64,000 nucleotides of DNA from a virus: the IMG/VR virus record IMGVR_UViG_3300033485_000002, positions 1-64,000 of that record, one strand, 5' to 3'. Below, in pieces: positions 31,701 to 40,344 of this stretch. How positions within the stretch are numbered: the stretch's first letter is position 1; the number at the start of each line of letters is the position of its first letter. The position numbers and the translations under genes are program-made. The notes beneath the pieces were generated by a model. That model saw nothing but the letters and a program-made list of their open reading frames with translations, searched no databases and had not been told where the DNA came from.

Positions 31701-33848
31701 CCCGGCAAGAATCAGTTCATCCAACCGGCTGGGCTTGACTGTGGCACTGTGGACGGCGACGAGTTTATCTATGTGGCCGATGAAAGCCGCATTGTGTTGG
31801 TGGACCCCACCAACATGACCACTGAGACCATCCTCGGCTCCCTGATGGGAGCGCAGATGCAGCGGTTCTTCCGCAACCAAGGATGGGTGACTGTGGCCGA
31901 AGATGCAGCGGGGAACAAGTACGCCGTCTCTTGTGAGCGGAAGCAGGTGATGAAGTTTGACTCCGGCTACCAGCTCGTGGCGGTTTTCGGTGAAGACGGT
32001 GTCGCCGGGTGGGATGACGAGCACCTGACTCACCCTCGTGATCTGATTTATGACGCAAATGCCTCTCTCTTGTACGTGGCCGATAACGATACGGAGGGAG
32101 ATGATGGGCGTGTTGTTGTCCTAAGCTCGTTGGATCTTACTTATCAGGGGCAAAGAGATACGGATAAGGGGTTAGTTGGTCTAGCCTTCTATCAAGATGC
32201 GGGTACTGCCGGGAAACTGTATGCAGGTGGGCAAAATACGGTTTACAGGTTCGCTTTACCTGTTCCAGGTTCTCGGTTAGATCCGGATAATTGGACGCAA
32301 GATTGGGCAGTAACAGCATTTTCAGGGACTGATATCGCTTTTGTTCATGACTTGTCGTTAAACCAAGCGAGTGGTAACTATCTTTACGTCGGTGATTTGT
32401 TGGCTTCGAAGGTATACAAGGTAGATATTTCAGGCGGTACACCTACGTTAGCTGATACTTGTGACTTGATCTCTGAGGGTAAAGCTCCGCAGTGGCCTCC
32501 GGCTGTAGGTGTAGGTTGCCCCTTTGGAATGGAGCTGAATGCGGATGCATCCAAGCTGTACCTTTGTGGTGGCTCCCTTAATGGGGAAACTACTGGTGGT
32601 GTTATCCGGGTGGTTAACACTTCCACTATGGAGATCACTGACGATGATCTCTTTGACAATCAGCACTGGCCAACAGAATCGTTCCCATTCAACATCCGGT
32701 TCAACAAGGACGGGGATGCATATGTGCTCCTGTCCAACCGGGTGCTGCTCTATAATCAACCGTTTGTTCCGTCGAGCGGTAGCATCGCTGGGGATTTCCT
32801 CTATGACGTAGCCGATGTCCCACTCAACATCGACCTTGACCTCGCGGTTGAGTGGGAAAACGTTCGTGCCGTCCACATTAAGGACGATGTCCTATATGTG
32901 GCAGACATGACGACCAATACCCTCACTTCGATTGATGCGGTGAGTCTCACAGTCTTAGGGCAGATCGGGTCACCGGCAGTGGTTGGTCGTGGAAAAGCTT
33001 CAACGGCTGGCCCTGGTGGGGTGATAGTTCATAACACGGAGATCTATTTCTCTGATACGCTCAACAACCGGGTTGTGAAGGGTTATCGATTCTTCCCGAA
33101 TGTCGAGCGAGGTACTGGTCGGCTTACGTATCTGATCGCACCTCCGGCAACGCATACTGTCACTTATCAGGTGCGATATGCTCCGTACCAGGGCTACTGG
33201 AAGTTTTTGAATGAGCCGAGTCTGCATGGGCGACACTACATCACTGACAACAACACCATGTACTTAACTACGTTAGGCCGGGGTACTCCGAGTATCGTAA
33301 CTCAGGATGGGGGCATGGGTTTCTACGCTAATATGATTGCCCATCTTCCGACGCCTACGGATACGCCGACCAAGGCTCCTCGGGTGACCGATGAGTACCT
33401 GTTTGCCCCAGAACCGCTACCGATCACGGGAGAGACTGGCGGGACGCCTTTTGCCCGGTTGCCGGTCATCAATCGGTATCCGGCGACTGCCCAAGAGGTC
33501 AACCCCATGTATGGTGGTGGGTCTCGGTATGACTTCACTCGAATGTTGTTCATGCAGGGGTTAGGACCGAATTGGCCGTCTGAAACTCCAGTGGACTATG
33601 TGCAGCGTGGATTTGAATGCACCGGTACTTTCCCTGGTTATGACACGCTGGAAACCTTCCCGCTGCAAACGATTTCGGTGCCGCGTCTTCTGTTTGCCAC
33701 AGCTATCGTGGAAATCGAGGGACAGGGATTCTTGGTCATTTTTACCTGCTATCGTGCCGAGCAGCGTAACCGGTTGAATGACGGCACCCCGATTGTGGCA
33801 GATGTGTTCAAGCTGTTCGGCAACCCCGGTGTCAAGGCTAGGTATTAA
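28797..33848 (+). CDS. Large virion protein with NHL-repeat beta-propellers
   Basis: RPLENLA.ND N-terminus; repeats such as LRYP.DVA.DSSGNVYVADR.THRVVKL. Confidence 0.85.
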   Translation: MADIFKPVITSIGYGPGNGLELFVSTDIYRYDVDNRPLENLAANDVALKDAIDEIVDEIEDAYDGKLWPDGTDYTWPNLDPRLDNMDNVLQNFTEVRNVQYSAFVQMANYLRERYTSGFMNGPYPDKFVRSNYAMENNEFMPAPFGGMYVPERGWSVKNQNVPDKIGRDQIAIETRIEPDGSSREYDSGKHYASRKPLYAIMNGYVVPIFNAHGGTMTEDQSIDNKCTSGNWGPIDINFPPAPTTGHRFDFAFLEMWLKEIDPDNGVFYPYGAVDWGGWDFPTLDQTAGSASDYSGTVDNREIVKFTESNTQPGWRWGFRVYVRDTDYDTNPIVWATEDPVTMVCEDNGSGALIEVNSSGCTGTIDYETGEWTLHFTTPPPNGKYIVGIYAWNAVTSANHWSLRGSLTFLPNGHYLQIQYRIRVVPGVDYASYPDWFSDPIVEARGPKNTPVANYTFTNMLNVLHDGTLWRAGTGTSGSVTDLGTYDGYIYALPLCVWSRFNQQPWDYDEQNGGLSDRLDDCIHYAPDDRHVIDLRPVIFSERYGMNEAAENTLDRIIRGDHRSVFGQAVVDAADDGTPTSINVWGVEVPELWRVYQYSGMAIDTNINTVRDIGLATTNDPLEGDGGEFTAPRAHHDGIRRIFSPQEEVQEVPISIPDVSLSPASPSPLVTYNPATDVITLSTNVTTLSGYSSTSGKGLLINDSYPRLWWRGSRQPVVYSTRWSGLGTNTATATIKTDADTYEPNGAIDGIVELIYPECTGIGRPVKTIDGVLAYDGLNNYATVIVGNEDGSPDDMEMVEWKINAGLQPGMNLPAGMCFSPGPSPTSIYVCDSANNRVVKLNASTLAYQAQWPTLANYPVPSDGTFDLSVHLRYPVDVACDSSGNVYVADRDTHRVVKLNSTLTTRISAFGNGLPATVYNDDDQLRYPEGVTVDSANNVYVADTELFRVVKLTNSLTYVSQIGNGYSGPGKNQFIQPAGLDCGTVDGDEFIYVADESRIVLVDPTNMTTETILGSLMGAQMQRFFRNQGWVTVAEDAAGNKYAVSCERKQVMKFDSGYQLVAVFGEDGVAGWDDEHLTHPRDLIYDANASLLYVADNDTEGDDGRVVVLSSLDLTYQGQRDTDKGLVGLAFYQDAGTAGKLYAGGQNTVYRFALPVPGSRLDPDNWTQDWAVTAFSGTDIAFVHDLSLNQASGNYLYVGDLLASKVYKVDISGGTPTLADTCDLISEGKAPQWPPAVGVGCPFGMELNADASKLYLCGGSLNGETTGGVIRVVNTSTMEITDDDLFDNQHWPTESFPFNIRFNKDGDAYVLLSNRVLLYNQPFVPSSGSIAGDFLYDVADVPLNIDLDLAVEWENVRAVHIKDDVLYVADMTTNTLTSIDAVSLTVLGQIGSPAVVGRGKASTAGPGGVIVHNTEIYFSDTLNNRVVKGYRFFPNVERGTGRLTYLIAPPATHTVTYQVRYAPYQGYWKFLNEPSLHGRHYITDNNTMYLTTLGRGTPSIVTQDGGMGFYANMIAHLPTPTDTPTKAPRVTDEYLFAPEPLPITGETGGTPFARLPVINRYPATAQEVNPMYGGGSRYDFTRMLFMQGLGPNWPSETPVDYVQRGFECTGTFPGYDTLETFPLQTISVPRLLFATAIVEIEGQGFLVIFTCYRAEQRNRLNDGTPIVADVFKLFGNPGVKARY

Positions 33849-33858
33849 GGAGTAGCTA

Positions 33859-34731
33859 ATGCCCTATGCAGTATTTTCCAAGCGCACTAAGATCGTGTCG
33901 CGGATCATCCACGATCTGACGAGCCTGTTGCCTAGTGAATCGGCCATCGAAGTGGACGATGATATCGCTTATCCGCGTAGGCAGAAGGCTATTCCTATCG
34001 GACAGCAGGTGAACACAAAACGGTTCAAGCTGTTTGAAGCTGCTGACCTTTCGCCTACGATCAAGCCGTATGCGCGTGTGTATGACCCGGTAACAGATAT
34101 CGCTGGAAAGGTGAAGCACACACCGTTGCTTATCCGGGCAGCTAGGCTGTCTGGGGGTGATGTTCAAGATCCTGATGAGTTTATCGATCTTCCGATCTAT
34201 GCCAACCCATTTGCCTGGAAGGCGCAAGAGGTTGCCCAGATCAAGTACGAGTCGATGCTGGCCGAGAATTACCCTTATCAAGTAGTGATTGGTGAAGAGT
34301 TCATTGACACGAAACACATCGATGCTTCTTCTTCCAATTACATCCTGAGTGAGGGGCATTGCATGCTCTCCCCCGGTGGGGTGCTCGTCACCAAGGAGTT
34401 TAGTTTCCGGTTGCCGAAGCGAATTACCTTCTCCACTGCTAACTATGAGAAGGCGTTTAGGTACGCTTTTGATACGTACTTCTTCTCCACCAACCCGGAA
34501 TTCCCCGAAGGTGTCCAGATGGCTTGGCGTGGGGATAAGTATGTAGACGGGTCTGACACTGACTATCAAGACCTAGTTGTTGACGAGGAGATGCCTACGC
34601 TAGTGGGTTTAGAGACAGCTTCCACGTTACTTACTACTTTCCAACTCAAGTTCACGAATCTCACTCCGGAAATGTTCGAGATCGAAAATTACGTCCTCTT
34701 CCTCCGTCTGCGGAATGTGCCTGGGTCGTAA
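33859..34731 (+). CDS. Hypothetical (virion) protein
   Basis: AAGGAG RBS, 290 aa. Confidence 0.7.
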   Translation: MPYAVFSKRTKIVSRIIHDLTSLLPSESAIEVDDDIAYPRRQKAIPIGQQVNTKRFKLFEAADLSPTIKPYARVYDPVTDIAGKVKHTPLLIRAARLSGGDVQDPDEFIDLPIYANPFAWKAQEVAQIKYESMLAENYPYQVVIGEEFIDTKHIDASSSNYILSEGHCMLSPGGVLVTKEFSFRLPKRITFSTANYEKAFRYAFDTYFFSTNPEFPEGVQMAWRGDKYVDGSDTDYQDLVVDEEMPTLVGLETASTLLTTFQLKFTNLTPEMFEIENYVLFLRLRNVPGS

Positions 34732-34741
34732 GGAGATACCA

Positions 34742-35134
34742 ATGGCTTTTATCGCGACTGTCGTTAACATGCCGCAGCTTAGGCGGTCAAACTGGCGTGG
34801 CCCTGGTAACCCTAGACCGCCGTCACCGCCAATTATCGAGCCTCCGGGTCGGCCTCCGATCAAGCCCCGGTGCAGTGGGGGCTATCAGTACATGAATGTT
34901 CGATGCATCCCGGTTGGCCCTCGGGGCGTTGGGGACCACCGTCTCATGTACAGATTCGGTTGTCGGCGTACGACTGCTCGTAGTGTTCGAGCATCTCGTT
35001 ACACTCGAAACGGTGTGGTGTGGCGTGGAGTGCCGATGCAATATCTTCCGTTGTACCGGAATGACCGTCGCGTGATCGGTGGACGACGTATTCCACGTCG
35101 TGCGGTGACCCGTCATACGGTTCAAGAGGGCTAA
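34742..35134 (+). CDS. Small Arg/Pro-rich protein
   Basis: AAGGAG RBS; ~25 Arg in 130 aa. Confidence 0.65.
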   Translation: MAFIATVVNMPQLRRSNWRGPGNPRPPSPPIIEPPGRPPIKPRCSGGYQYMNVRCIPVGPRGVGDHRLMYRFGCRRTTARSVRASRYTRNGVVWRGVPMQYLPLYRNDRRVIGGRRIPRRAVTRHTVQEG

Positions 35135-35284
35135 ATGAACGCTCGTGAACTCGTGCTCGAAGAGGTATTGGCCCGTATCGTGGACGAGCATGGAGTGGAG
35201 ACCATGGCTCTGAATTGGGCCATTTTGAATGAGCTTATGAAGGAAGAGGCTCCACCGGAAAAGTCGGAAGAGCCTGCTGAATAA
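35135..35284 (+). CDS. Small acidic protein (49 aa)
   Basis: ATG directly after the previous stop; MNARELVLEEVLARIVDEHG...; fills the gap before the endolysin. Confidence 0.6.
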   Translation: MNARELVLEEVLARIVDEHGVETMALNWAILNELMKEEAPPEKSEEPAE

Positions 35285-35320
35285 GATCTTTTAGTTGTAA
35301 TTACAACAATAGGAGGGGTA

Positions 35321-35854
35321 ATGCCTCGTTGGACACATATCGTAATGCACCACTCGTTTACCGGAGATACTACGCTACCTGATGCAGTCGCGATTCGACG
35401 TTTCCACACTAGCTATAGACATGGTGGGGACATCATCACCGAAGCTCAGTATCAGCAGCTTAAGAGTGAAGGTGCTTCAGGGTTAGAACTTCCGTGGCAA
35501 GACATCGGTTACCATTGGATCTTTGAACGTTTGTCGGATGGGCGGCCCTGGTTGCTCAAAGGTCGTTCTATGATGAAGACCGGAGCGCACTGTAAGGAAG
35601 CCGGAATGAACCGACGAGGTATCGGAGTCTGTATCGTTGGCAATTTTGACCCGGCACCTCCTCCCGAGGATATGCTGGAGATGGTAGCCGATGATGTCGC
35701 ATGGCTCTGCCGCATGTATCGGATTCCGGTAGAAAACGTGGTTGCTCACAGGGATTTCGCTACGTATAAAACTTGTCCTGGGGCGAAGTTCGATATGAAC
35801 TATTTTCGAGAACGGGTAGCTGAGTATCTGGCAATCTGGATTCCTCACACCTAA
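35321..35854 (+). CDS. Endolysin, N-acetylmuramoyl-L-alanine amidase (Amidase_2)
   Basis: HIVMHHS, DIGYHW, GAHC, IGVC.VGNFD, V.AHRD, KTCPG Zn-amidase motifs. Confidence 0.93.
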   Translation: MPRWTHIVMHHSFTGDTTLPDAVAIRRFHTSYRHGGDIITEAQYQQLKSEGASGLELPWQDIGYHWIFERLSDGRPWLLKGRSMMKTGAHCKEAGMNRRGIGVCIVGNFDPAPPPEDMLEMVADDVAWLCRMYRIPVENVVAHRDFATYKTCPGAKFDMNYFRERVAEYLAIWIPHT

Positions 35855-35880
35855 TCCGAGGAATAGAAAGACATACGATC

Positions 35881-36165
35881 ATGGGGAGATATCTCGTGAA
35901 CGCCGTAAAACTCATCAGTGAAAGCACCGGAGTTCTTGCCACGCTGTTTGCCATGACGGGCATGACGGCATCATCGATTTTCCTGTGGTTCCGCCCTGAG
36001 CGGTTTACTGCCGATAACTGGCTCTCTGCGTTGTTAACGTGTGCTGGGCTGGTTGGAGGAGTGGTAGCTAAACGAACGATCGAAAATACCAAACTCGGTA
36101 AAACCGGAGTCGGTGATATCGACGGCGCGGGGAACAATCGAAAAGACGATAACAATGGGGGGTAA
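35881..36165 (+). CDS. Putative holin
   Basis: 94 aa, two hydrophobic segments, charged C-terminus, between endolysin and spanins. Confidence 0.7.
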   Translation: MGRYLVNAVKLISESTGVLATLFAMTGMTASSIFLWFRPERFTADNWLSALLTCAGLVGGVVAKRTIENTKLGKTGVGDIDGAGNNRKDDNNGG

Positions 36166-36168
36166 ACA

Positions 36169-36606
36169 ATGTTCGGGTTAGCTTGGCTAACAGGTCCAAT
36201 GCTCTATGCTGGTGTTGGTGGGTTGGTAGTTATCATTGCTCTTTCCGGCGCACTTTGGGTCCAGACAGATAGAGTTGCTTCTAGGGACGACACCATCAAA
36301 GCTATGGAAATCGTTGCTGCCTCCTGGGAGCAGAAGGTTGGCGAAAAAGAAGCTAAGATTGAAAGCCTACAGTTCACGATCGACGAGCAGAACAAGCTCA
36401 TTGAAGACAATGCCGCTCAGGGTGAGCTTGCTAAAGCCAAGCAACGCGAGGTTGACGCCCTTCAGCAAGAGCTAGCCCAGGCTAAGGGCGATCTTAAGCT
36501 GATCTCCGATATGTACAGCCGTATGCGAGATCAGGCGGTCGGGTTGAACACCTGTCAGACTTACGAGATGGTTCTACGCTCCATTGCGAAGAGGGTAGCG
36601 CCATGA
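36169..36606 (+). CDS. Inner-membrane spanin (Rz-like)
   Basis: N-terminal TM helix, coiled coil, C-terminal Cys. Confidence 0.75.
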   Translation: MFGLAWLTGPMLYAGVGGLVVIIALSGALWVQTDRVASRDDTIKAMEIVAASWEQKVGEKEAKIESLQFTIDEQNKLIEDNAAQGELAKAKQREVDALQQELAQAKGDLKLISDMYSRMRDQAVGLNTCQTYEMVLRSIAKRVAP

Positions 36607-36992
36607 ACCGCAGTCGAAATATCTTAGGCGCTATCTGTGCTGGTGTCATGATCGTTGTGTCAGTTGTGCTACTCTTGTCCTTGTGTGGGTGTAACCATAA
36701 GCCCAAGTTGCCGTGCCCTGAGTCAGAGCTACAGATTGTCAAAGTGGATAAGCCCATCCCCTGTATCGTTGAAATTGCTCCATTGGAGCCAGCCCCCAAG
36801 CCGACGCCCCTCCCGTTCCCCGAGGATGTTCTAGATGAAGAGGTCAAGAAGGCGTGGGCGTTGAAGGTGGGTGAAGCTGTTGAGAGCCAACATGCGCTTC
36901 AGCTTGCTCGTGACGCAGCGTGGCTGGTGAAGATCACGGAGCATAACAAAGCGCTTCCAAAGTGCTCGGAAATCCCCACTCCGGTTCCATAG
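36603..36992 (+). CDS. Outer-membrane spanin lipoprotein (Rz1-like)
   Basis: Signal peptide with LCGC lipobox, Pro-rich, overlaps the i-spanin stop. Confidence 0.75.
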   Translation: MNRSRNILGAICAGVMIVVSVVLLLSLCGCNHKPKLPCPESELQIVKVDKPIPCIVEIAPLEPAPKPTPLPFPEDVLDEEVKKAWALKVGEAVESQHALQLARDAAWLVKITEHNKALPKCSEIPTPVP

Positions 36993-37015
36993 CCCCCTTA
37001 CACCCTTGTAAATTC

Positions 37016-37044
37016 AGCCCCGATCTTTGAGATCGGGGTTTTTT
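37016..37044 (+). terminator. Intrinsic terminator ending the late/lysis operon
   Basis: CCCCGATC-TTTGA-GATCGGGG followed by T6. Confidence 0.9.
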
Positions 37045-37162
37045 GCTTTATTAGGTAATCGCGCAAAGGCATGCGCGAGGGGTGTTGAGGCGCGAAGAGA
37101 AAGAGTCACATAGGAGGTAAATCTATGTTGATCTATAGGGTAGCTGTCCAAGGAAAGAGTGC

Positions 37163-38395
37163 ATGAGCACACCGAAAGCAACACAAGAAATACAACATTT
37201 TGTTCACGATGATGGCACAATTGAAGTCACCGTCATCCCAATTGTAAAAGGAAATGTCAAAGCCTTTTTTACCGACAACGAAGATGTACGCCATTACGGG
37301 TACACGACAGAACAAGAACTCCGCGCTATTGCTAACATCCCCGATAATTACCACACCAAAGCCTTCAATCCGAACAACTGGGCAGCTCAAGATAGCGACG
37401 GCCCCTTCATTTGTCATCAGGTAAAGGGCATCTTCTCCCCGCCTGTCCCGGAGGAGAACGCGATCGGGGCGTTGCTCAAGCACATGGAGAGCAAATCACG
37501 GATCGTACCGAGGCTATACCCCAAGATAAGGTTTGGCTCGAAGGTCCGTCGTCGCCTGTTGGAGATCAGCGTCATGGATCCCCACCTCGGGCTTCAGTGC
37601 TTCAGGCCGGGGGCAGACGCCGACTACAACTTAGAACAAGCGGAAAAGACCTATCTGTGGGCGGTGAACAACTTACTTGCCCTTGGTGAGCATTATGGCC
37701 CCTTCGAAGAGATCCTGTTCCCGTTCGGTAACGACTACCTGCACGCGGAAATGATGCCGATGGGCAAGGGTGCGGGGCACACCACCTCGGCAGGCACCGC
37801 TCAGCCCGAGATGATGGCATGGCACCATGTGTACCTGCGTGGGGAGAAGCTCCTGATCCAGGCCATCGAGATGATGAAAGACAAGGCTCCGGTTATCTTA
37901 CTGGAGGTTCCGGGGAACCATGATCGGTATTCGGCCTTCACCATGGGCCGGGTAATGAACGCATGGTTCCACAACGACGAGAATATCGTCGTAGACGCCT
38001 CTCCCAGCCCCTACAAGTTCAAGCACTATGGGGTGAACCTCATAGGGTTCGAGCACGGGCACAGCGTGACTCCGATCCGGCTAGCGGCCTTAATGGCCAA
38101 TGAGTGCAGAGACATTTGGGCGGGCATCAAGTACGCTGAGTGGCATCTGGGTGACCAGCACCGAAAAGGATCGTCAAAACCGTCTGTGTTCGAGGAGCAG
38201 GGCGTTTCGGTGGAGTTCCTGCCGAGTATCGTGGCTCCGAACGAGTGGCATAGGCTGAAGTCGTTCAACCACCAGAAGCGGGGAGCCATGGCATGGGTCT
38301 GGGACTACGAGACCGGCCCTGTAGCTCGTCTTCAGGTGAACCTCGATAATCTGACCGGTGGACCTATGGGAGGAGGCACCTGTGACCTGGAGTGA
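37163..38395 (+). CDS. Calcineurin-like metallophosphoesterase
   Basis: D.H.G, GND.LH, GNHD, HGH, GDQH motifs in order. Confidence 0.88.
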   Translation: MSTPKATQEIQHFVHDDGTIEVTVIPIVKGNVKAFFTDNEDVRHYGYTTEQELRAIANIPDNYHTKAFNPNNWAAQDSDGPFICHQVKGIFSPPVPEENAIGALLKHMESKSRIVPRLYPKIRFGSKVRRRLLEISVMDPHLGLQCFRPGADADYNLEQAEKTYLWAVNNLLALGEHYGPFEEILFPFGNDYLHAEMMPMGKGAGHTTSAGTAQPEMMAWHHVYLRGEKLLIQAIEMMKDKAPVILLEVPGNHDRYSAFTMGRVMNAWFHNDENIVVDASPSPYKFKHYGVNLIGFEHGHSVTPIRLAALMANECRDIWAGIKYAEWHLGDQHRKGSSKPSVFEEQGVSVEFLPSIVAPNEWHRLKSFNHQKRGAMAWVWDYETGPVARLQVNLDNLTGGPMGGGTCDLE

Positions 38396-38786
38396 CGTTT
38401 TATGGATTCTGGCCCTGATCCCGGTAGCGTTCATCCAGAACATGGTCTTTACGGCAGTCAGTCGTTCCCGTAACAGCGGTGACCCGCAGTACCACAGATG
38501 GTGGGCATATGGTAGCAATAGTGTTTGGCTGCTGTGCCAAGTGTTCATCTGGAAGGGTTTCTGGGGGGCGTTCAATGATGCCGACTACCTGACCATGGTG
38601 GTTATGGCATTCGTCTACATCGTCAGCACGACTGAAGGTTCAGTCGTTATGATGCGACGGATGCTCAAGACGGAGACCGGGGCACGTAAGGTCGGAGCCA
38701 ATCCGAATGAAGTCAAAGTTCAACAGATAGAAGTGGATATGGCTACCTTGAAAAAACGGATCACTGAACTTGAAGAGTGCTGGTAG
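38382..38786 (+). CDS. Membrane protein
   Basis: GGAGG + GTG; three hydrophobic segments and a C-terminal coiled coil. Confidence 0.7.
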   Translation: MTWSDVLWILALIPVAFIQNMVFTAVSRSRNSGDPQYHRWWAYGSNSVWLLCQVFIWKGFWGAFNDADYLTMVVMAFVYIVSTTEGSVVMMRRMLKTETGARKVGANPNEVKVQQIEVDMATLKKRITELEECW

Positions 38787-38805
38787 GAAAACCCGGATGG
38801 GGTGG

Positions 38806-38834
38806 TTGCCTTCTGAAAAATAGTCGTGTATATT
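38806..38834 (+). promoter_or_regulatory. Sigma70-type promoter for the HU-like gene
   Basis: TTGCCT-17-TATATT. Confidence 0.6.
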
Positions 38835-38864
38835 TGTTCCTGTGAGGTTCACAGGAGGTACGTA

Positions 38865-39227
38865 ATGAACACGACGACACTTAGGGATTACATCTACTCC
38901 GAGTCTGCCAAAGTGTTCGATCCCCCAATGACGCGGCAGGACGTGTCATCGTTGATCGACATTTTCCTTGATGGATTGGCGGCGGGTCTCTCGGGAAAGA
39001 TCACGGATGCTGAAGGTGAGGAAGACGGTATCAACAAGGTGCTGCTTCGTAGCTTCGGCACCTTCAAGGTGGTCAAGCGCCGTGGGCGCACGTATAGCGT
39101 CCGGGGCAAGGAAGTCAAGGTCGGTGATCGTTTCACGGTTGTCTTCAAGCCGGGAGCGGACCTCGTCCGGATGCTTGAAACCATGACCCCGGAGAGCGAA
39201 CCGGCACCTCCTATTCAGCAGCCGTAG
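38865..39227 (+). CDS. HU/IHF-like DNA-binding protein
   Basis: AGGAGG RBS; V.LRSFGTFKV..R.GR......V.FKPG..L. Confidence 0.88.
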   Translation: MNTTTLRDYIYSESAKVFDPPMTRQDVSSLIDIFLDGLAAGLSGKITDAEGEEDGINKVLLRSFGTFKVVKRRGRTYSVRGKEVKVGDRFTVVFKPGADLVRMLETMTPESEPAPPIQQP

Positions 39228-39243
39228 TGTATATCGCTCTCCC

Positions 39244-39276
39244 GGCACCCTTTCTCCCAAGGGTGCCAAATTTTTT
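39244..39276 (+). terminator. Terminator after the HU-like gene
   Basis: GGCACCCTT/AAGGGTGCC stem followed by AAATTTTTT. Confidence 0.7.
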
Positions 39277-39297
39277 CCTTATCCTTGGAACAGGGGG

Positions 39298-39326
39298 TTG
39301 ACATCCGAGGTAGAGGGTAATATATT
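39298..39326 (+). promoter_or_regulatory. Near-consensus sigma70 promoter
   Basis: TTGACA-17-TATATT. Confidence 0.85.
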
Positions 39327-39419
39327 GCCTCTTGTCGAGAGCGAGTCTGGTACACCCGGTTCTCGGCACGAGGCTCGGAGGCCACAGGTAGTCCCCTTCC
39401 TGTGGCCTTCACTCTTTTT
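39327..39419 (+). ncRNA. Putative ~90-nt small RNA (two hairpins)
   Basis: Bounded by a strong promoter and a terminator-like hairpin GGAGGCCACAGG/CCTGTGGCCTTC plus U tract; no ORF. Confidence 0.6.
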
Positions 39420-39425
39420 AGGGGC

Positions 39426-39454
39426 TTGACACAAGGGTAACCAAGGTATATCCT
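39426..39454 (+). promoter_or_regulatory. Sigma70 promoter
   Basis: TTGACA-17-TATCCT, 9 nt before ATG 39464. Confidence 0.8.
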
Positions 39455-39463
39455 GATAGTGTC

Positions 39464-40045
39464 ATGAAGTTCACACGTACCCCCGATGGTTCACTCGTCC
39501 AAGTCCCCTCGGCAGTCCTGCCCAGGCACCACGGGTACACACCGGACATGACGGTAGAGATCAGGTTCGGCAAGAGCAAGTGCCAGTTCCTGACCCCGTA
39601 TCCCTCCCAATTGGACAAGGCACTCACCGCACCCCACCCAGGGTACATCTTCACGCCGCAGTACAAGAGCGGCAACTGGGACGGGCAACACCACTTCATC
39701 ACACGGGCTGGCCAATTTCCTACAGGGTTATTGCCAGTGGTATTTCACATCTTAAAGACAGGGATAAATCCGTTGATAAAGGAAGGGAAAAAGGAACGGA
39801 AAGTCCTGTCTATTCTACCGGCTAATGTGAAGGTCACGGTACCCGAGGAGGAGATTTTCCACTTCTATCCGGGGATGGTCACCTTCTACCAGGACCACGT
39901 CAACGCAGTCGAGTATCTCTCTGAAGATGGAACCTTTGCCTACTCGGTTCCGTCGCTGAAGCAGTGGAAGAAAGTTGAGACGCACAACGCTTTCGCAAGA
40001 TCCGTACTCGATTTAGCTAAAGCTTTGAAAACAAAAGACTTATAA
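39464..40045 (+). CDS. Stand-alone UvsW-like helicase N-terminal domain protein
   Basis: PGYIFTPQYKSGNWDG.HHF....FPTGLL matches the UvsW N-domain pattern GY.F.P....G.WDG....LP.GL. Confidence 0.7.
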   Translation: MKFTRTPDGSLVQVPSAVLPRHHGYTPDMTVEIRFGKSKCQFLTPYPSQLDKALTAPHPGYIFTPQYKSGNWDGQHHFITRAGQFPTGLLPVVFHILKTGINPLIKEGKKERKVLSILPANVKVTVPEEEIFHFYPGMVTFYQDHVNAVEYLSEDGTFAYSVPSLKQWKKVETHNAFARSVLDLAKALKTKDL

Positions 40046-40340
40046 AAATGCAGAGGACGATAACCACAATATCAAACGTTTCCTCGCAAAAAACATGCAG
40101 GGAACCCGGAGATGCGAGGTGTAAACCGAGCATAAACGGGTCTATTTGGATGAGGTACTTTAGTACCGAATCCGAATAGGAAGGTTGAAAGGAAGGGGGG
40201 GTATATATATGTACTATATAAGGGACCGGGGGGGAAACCATAAGGAAACCATCGATAGCGTCTACCAGTCCTTTCCGGAGAGTTGTTGAGATTCCCAGTT
40301 CGGGTAGGTTCGTTCCCAGGTCGGGAATATTTTTTCCAGG
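40046..40340. other. Candidate replication origin
   Basis: Non-coding; AT run at 40202-40221 flanked by G runs; GGAAACCAT x2 (11-bp spacing); TTCCCAGKTCGGG x2 (21-bp spacing). Confidence 0.45.
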
Positions 40341-40344
40341 GGGC

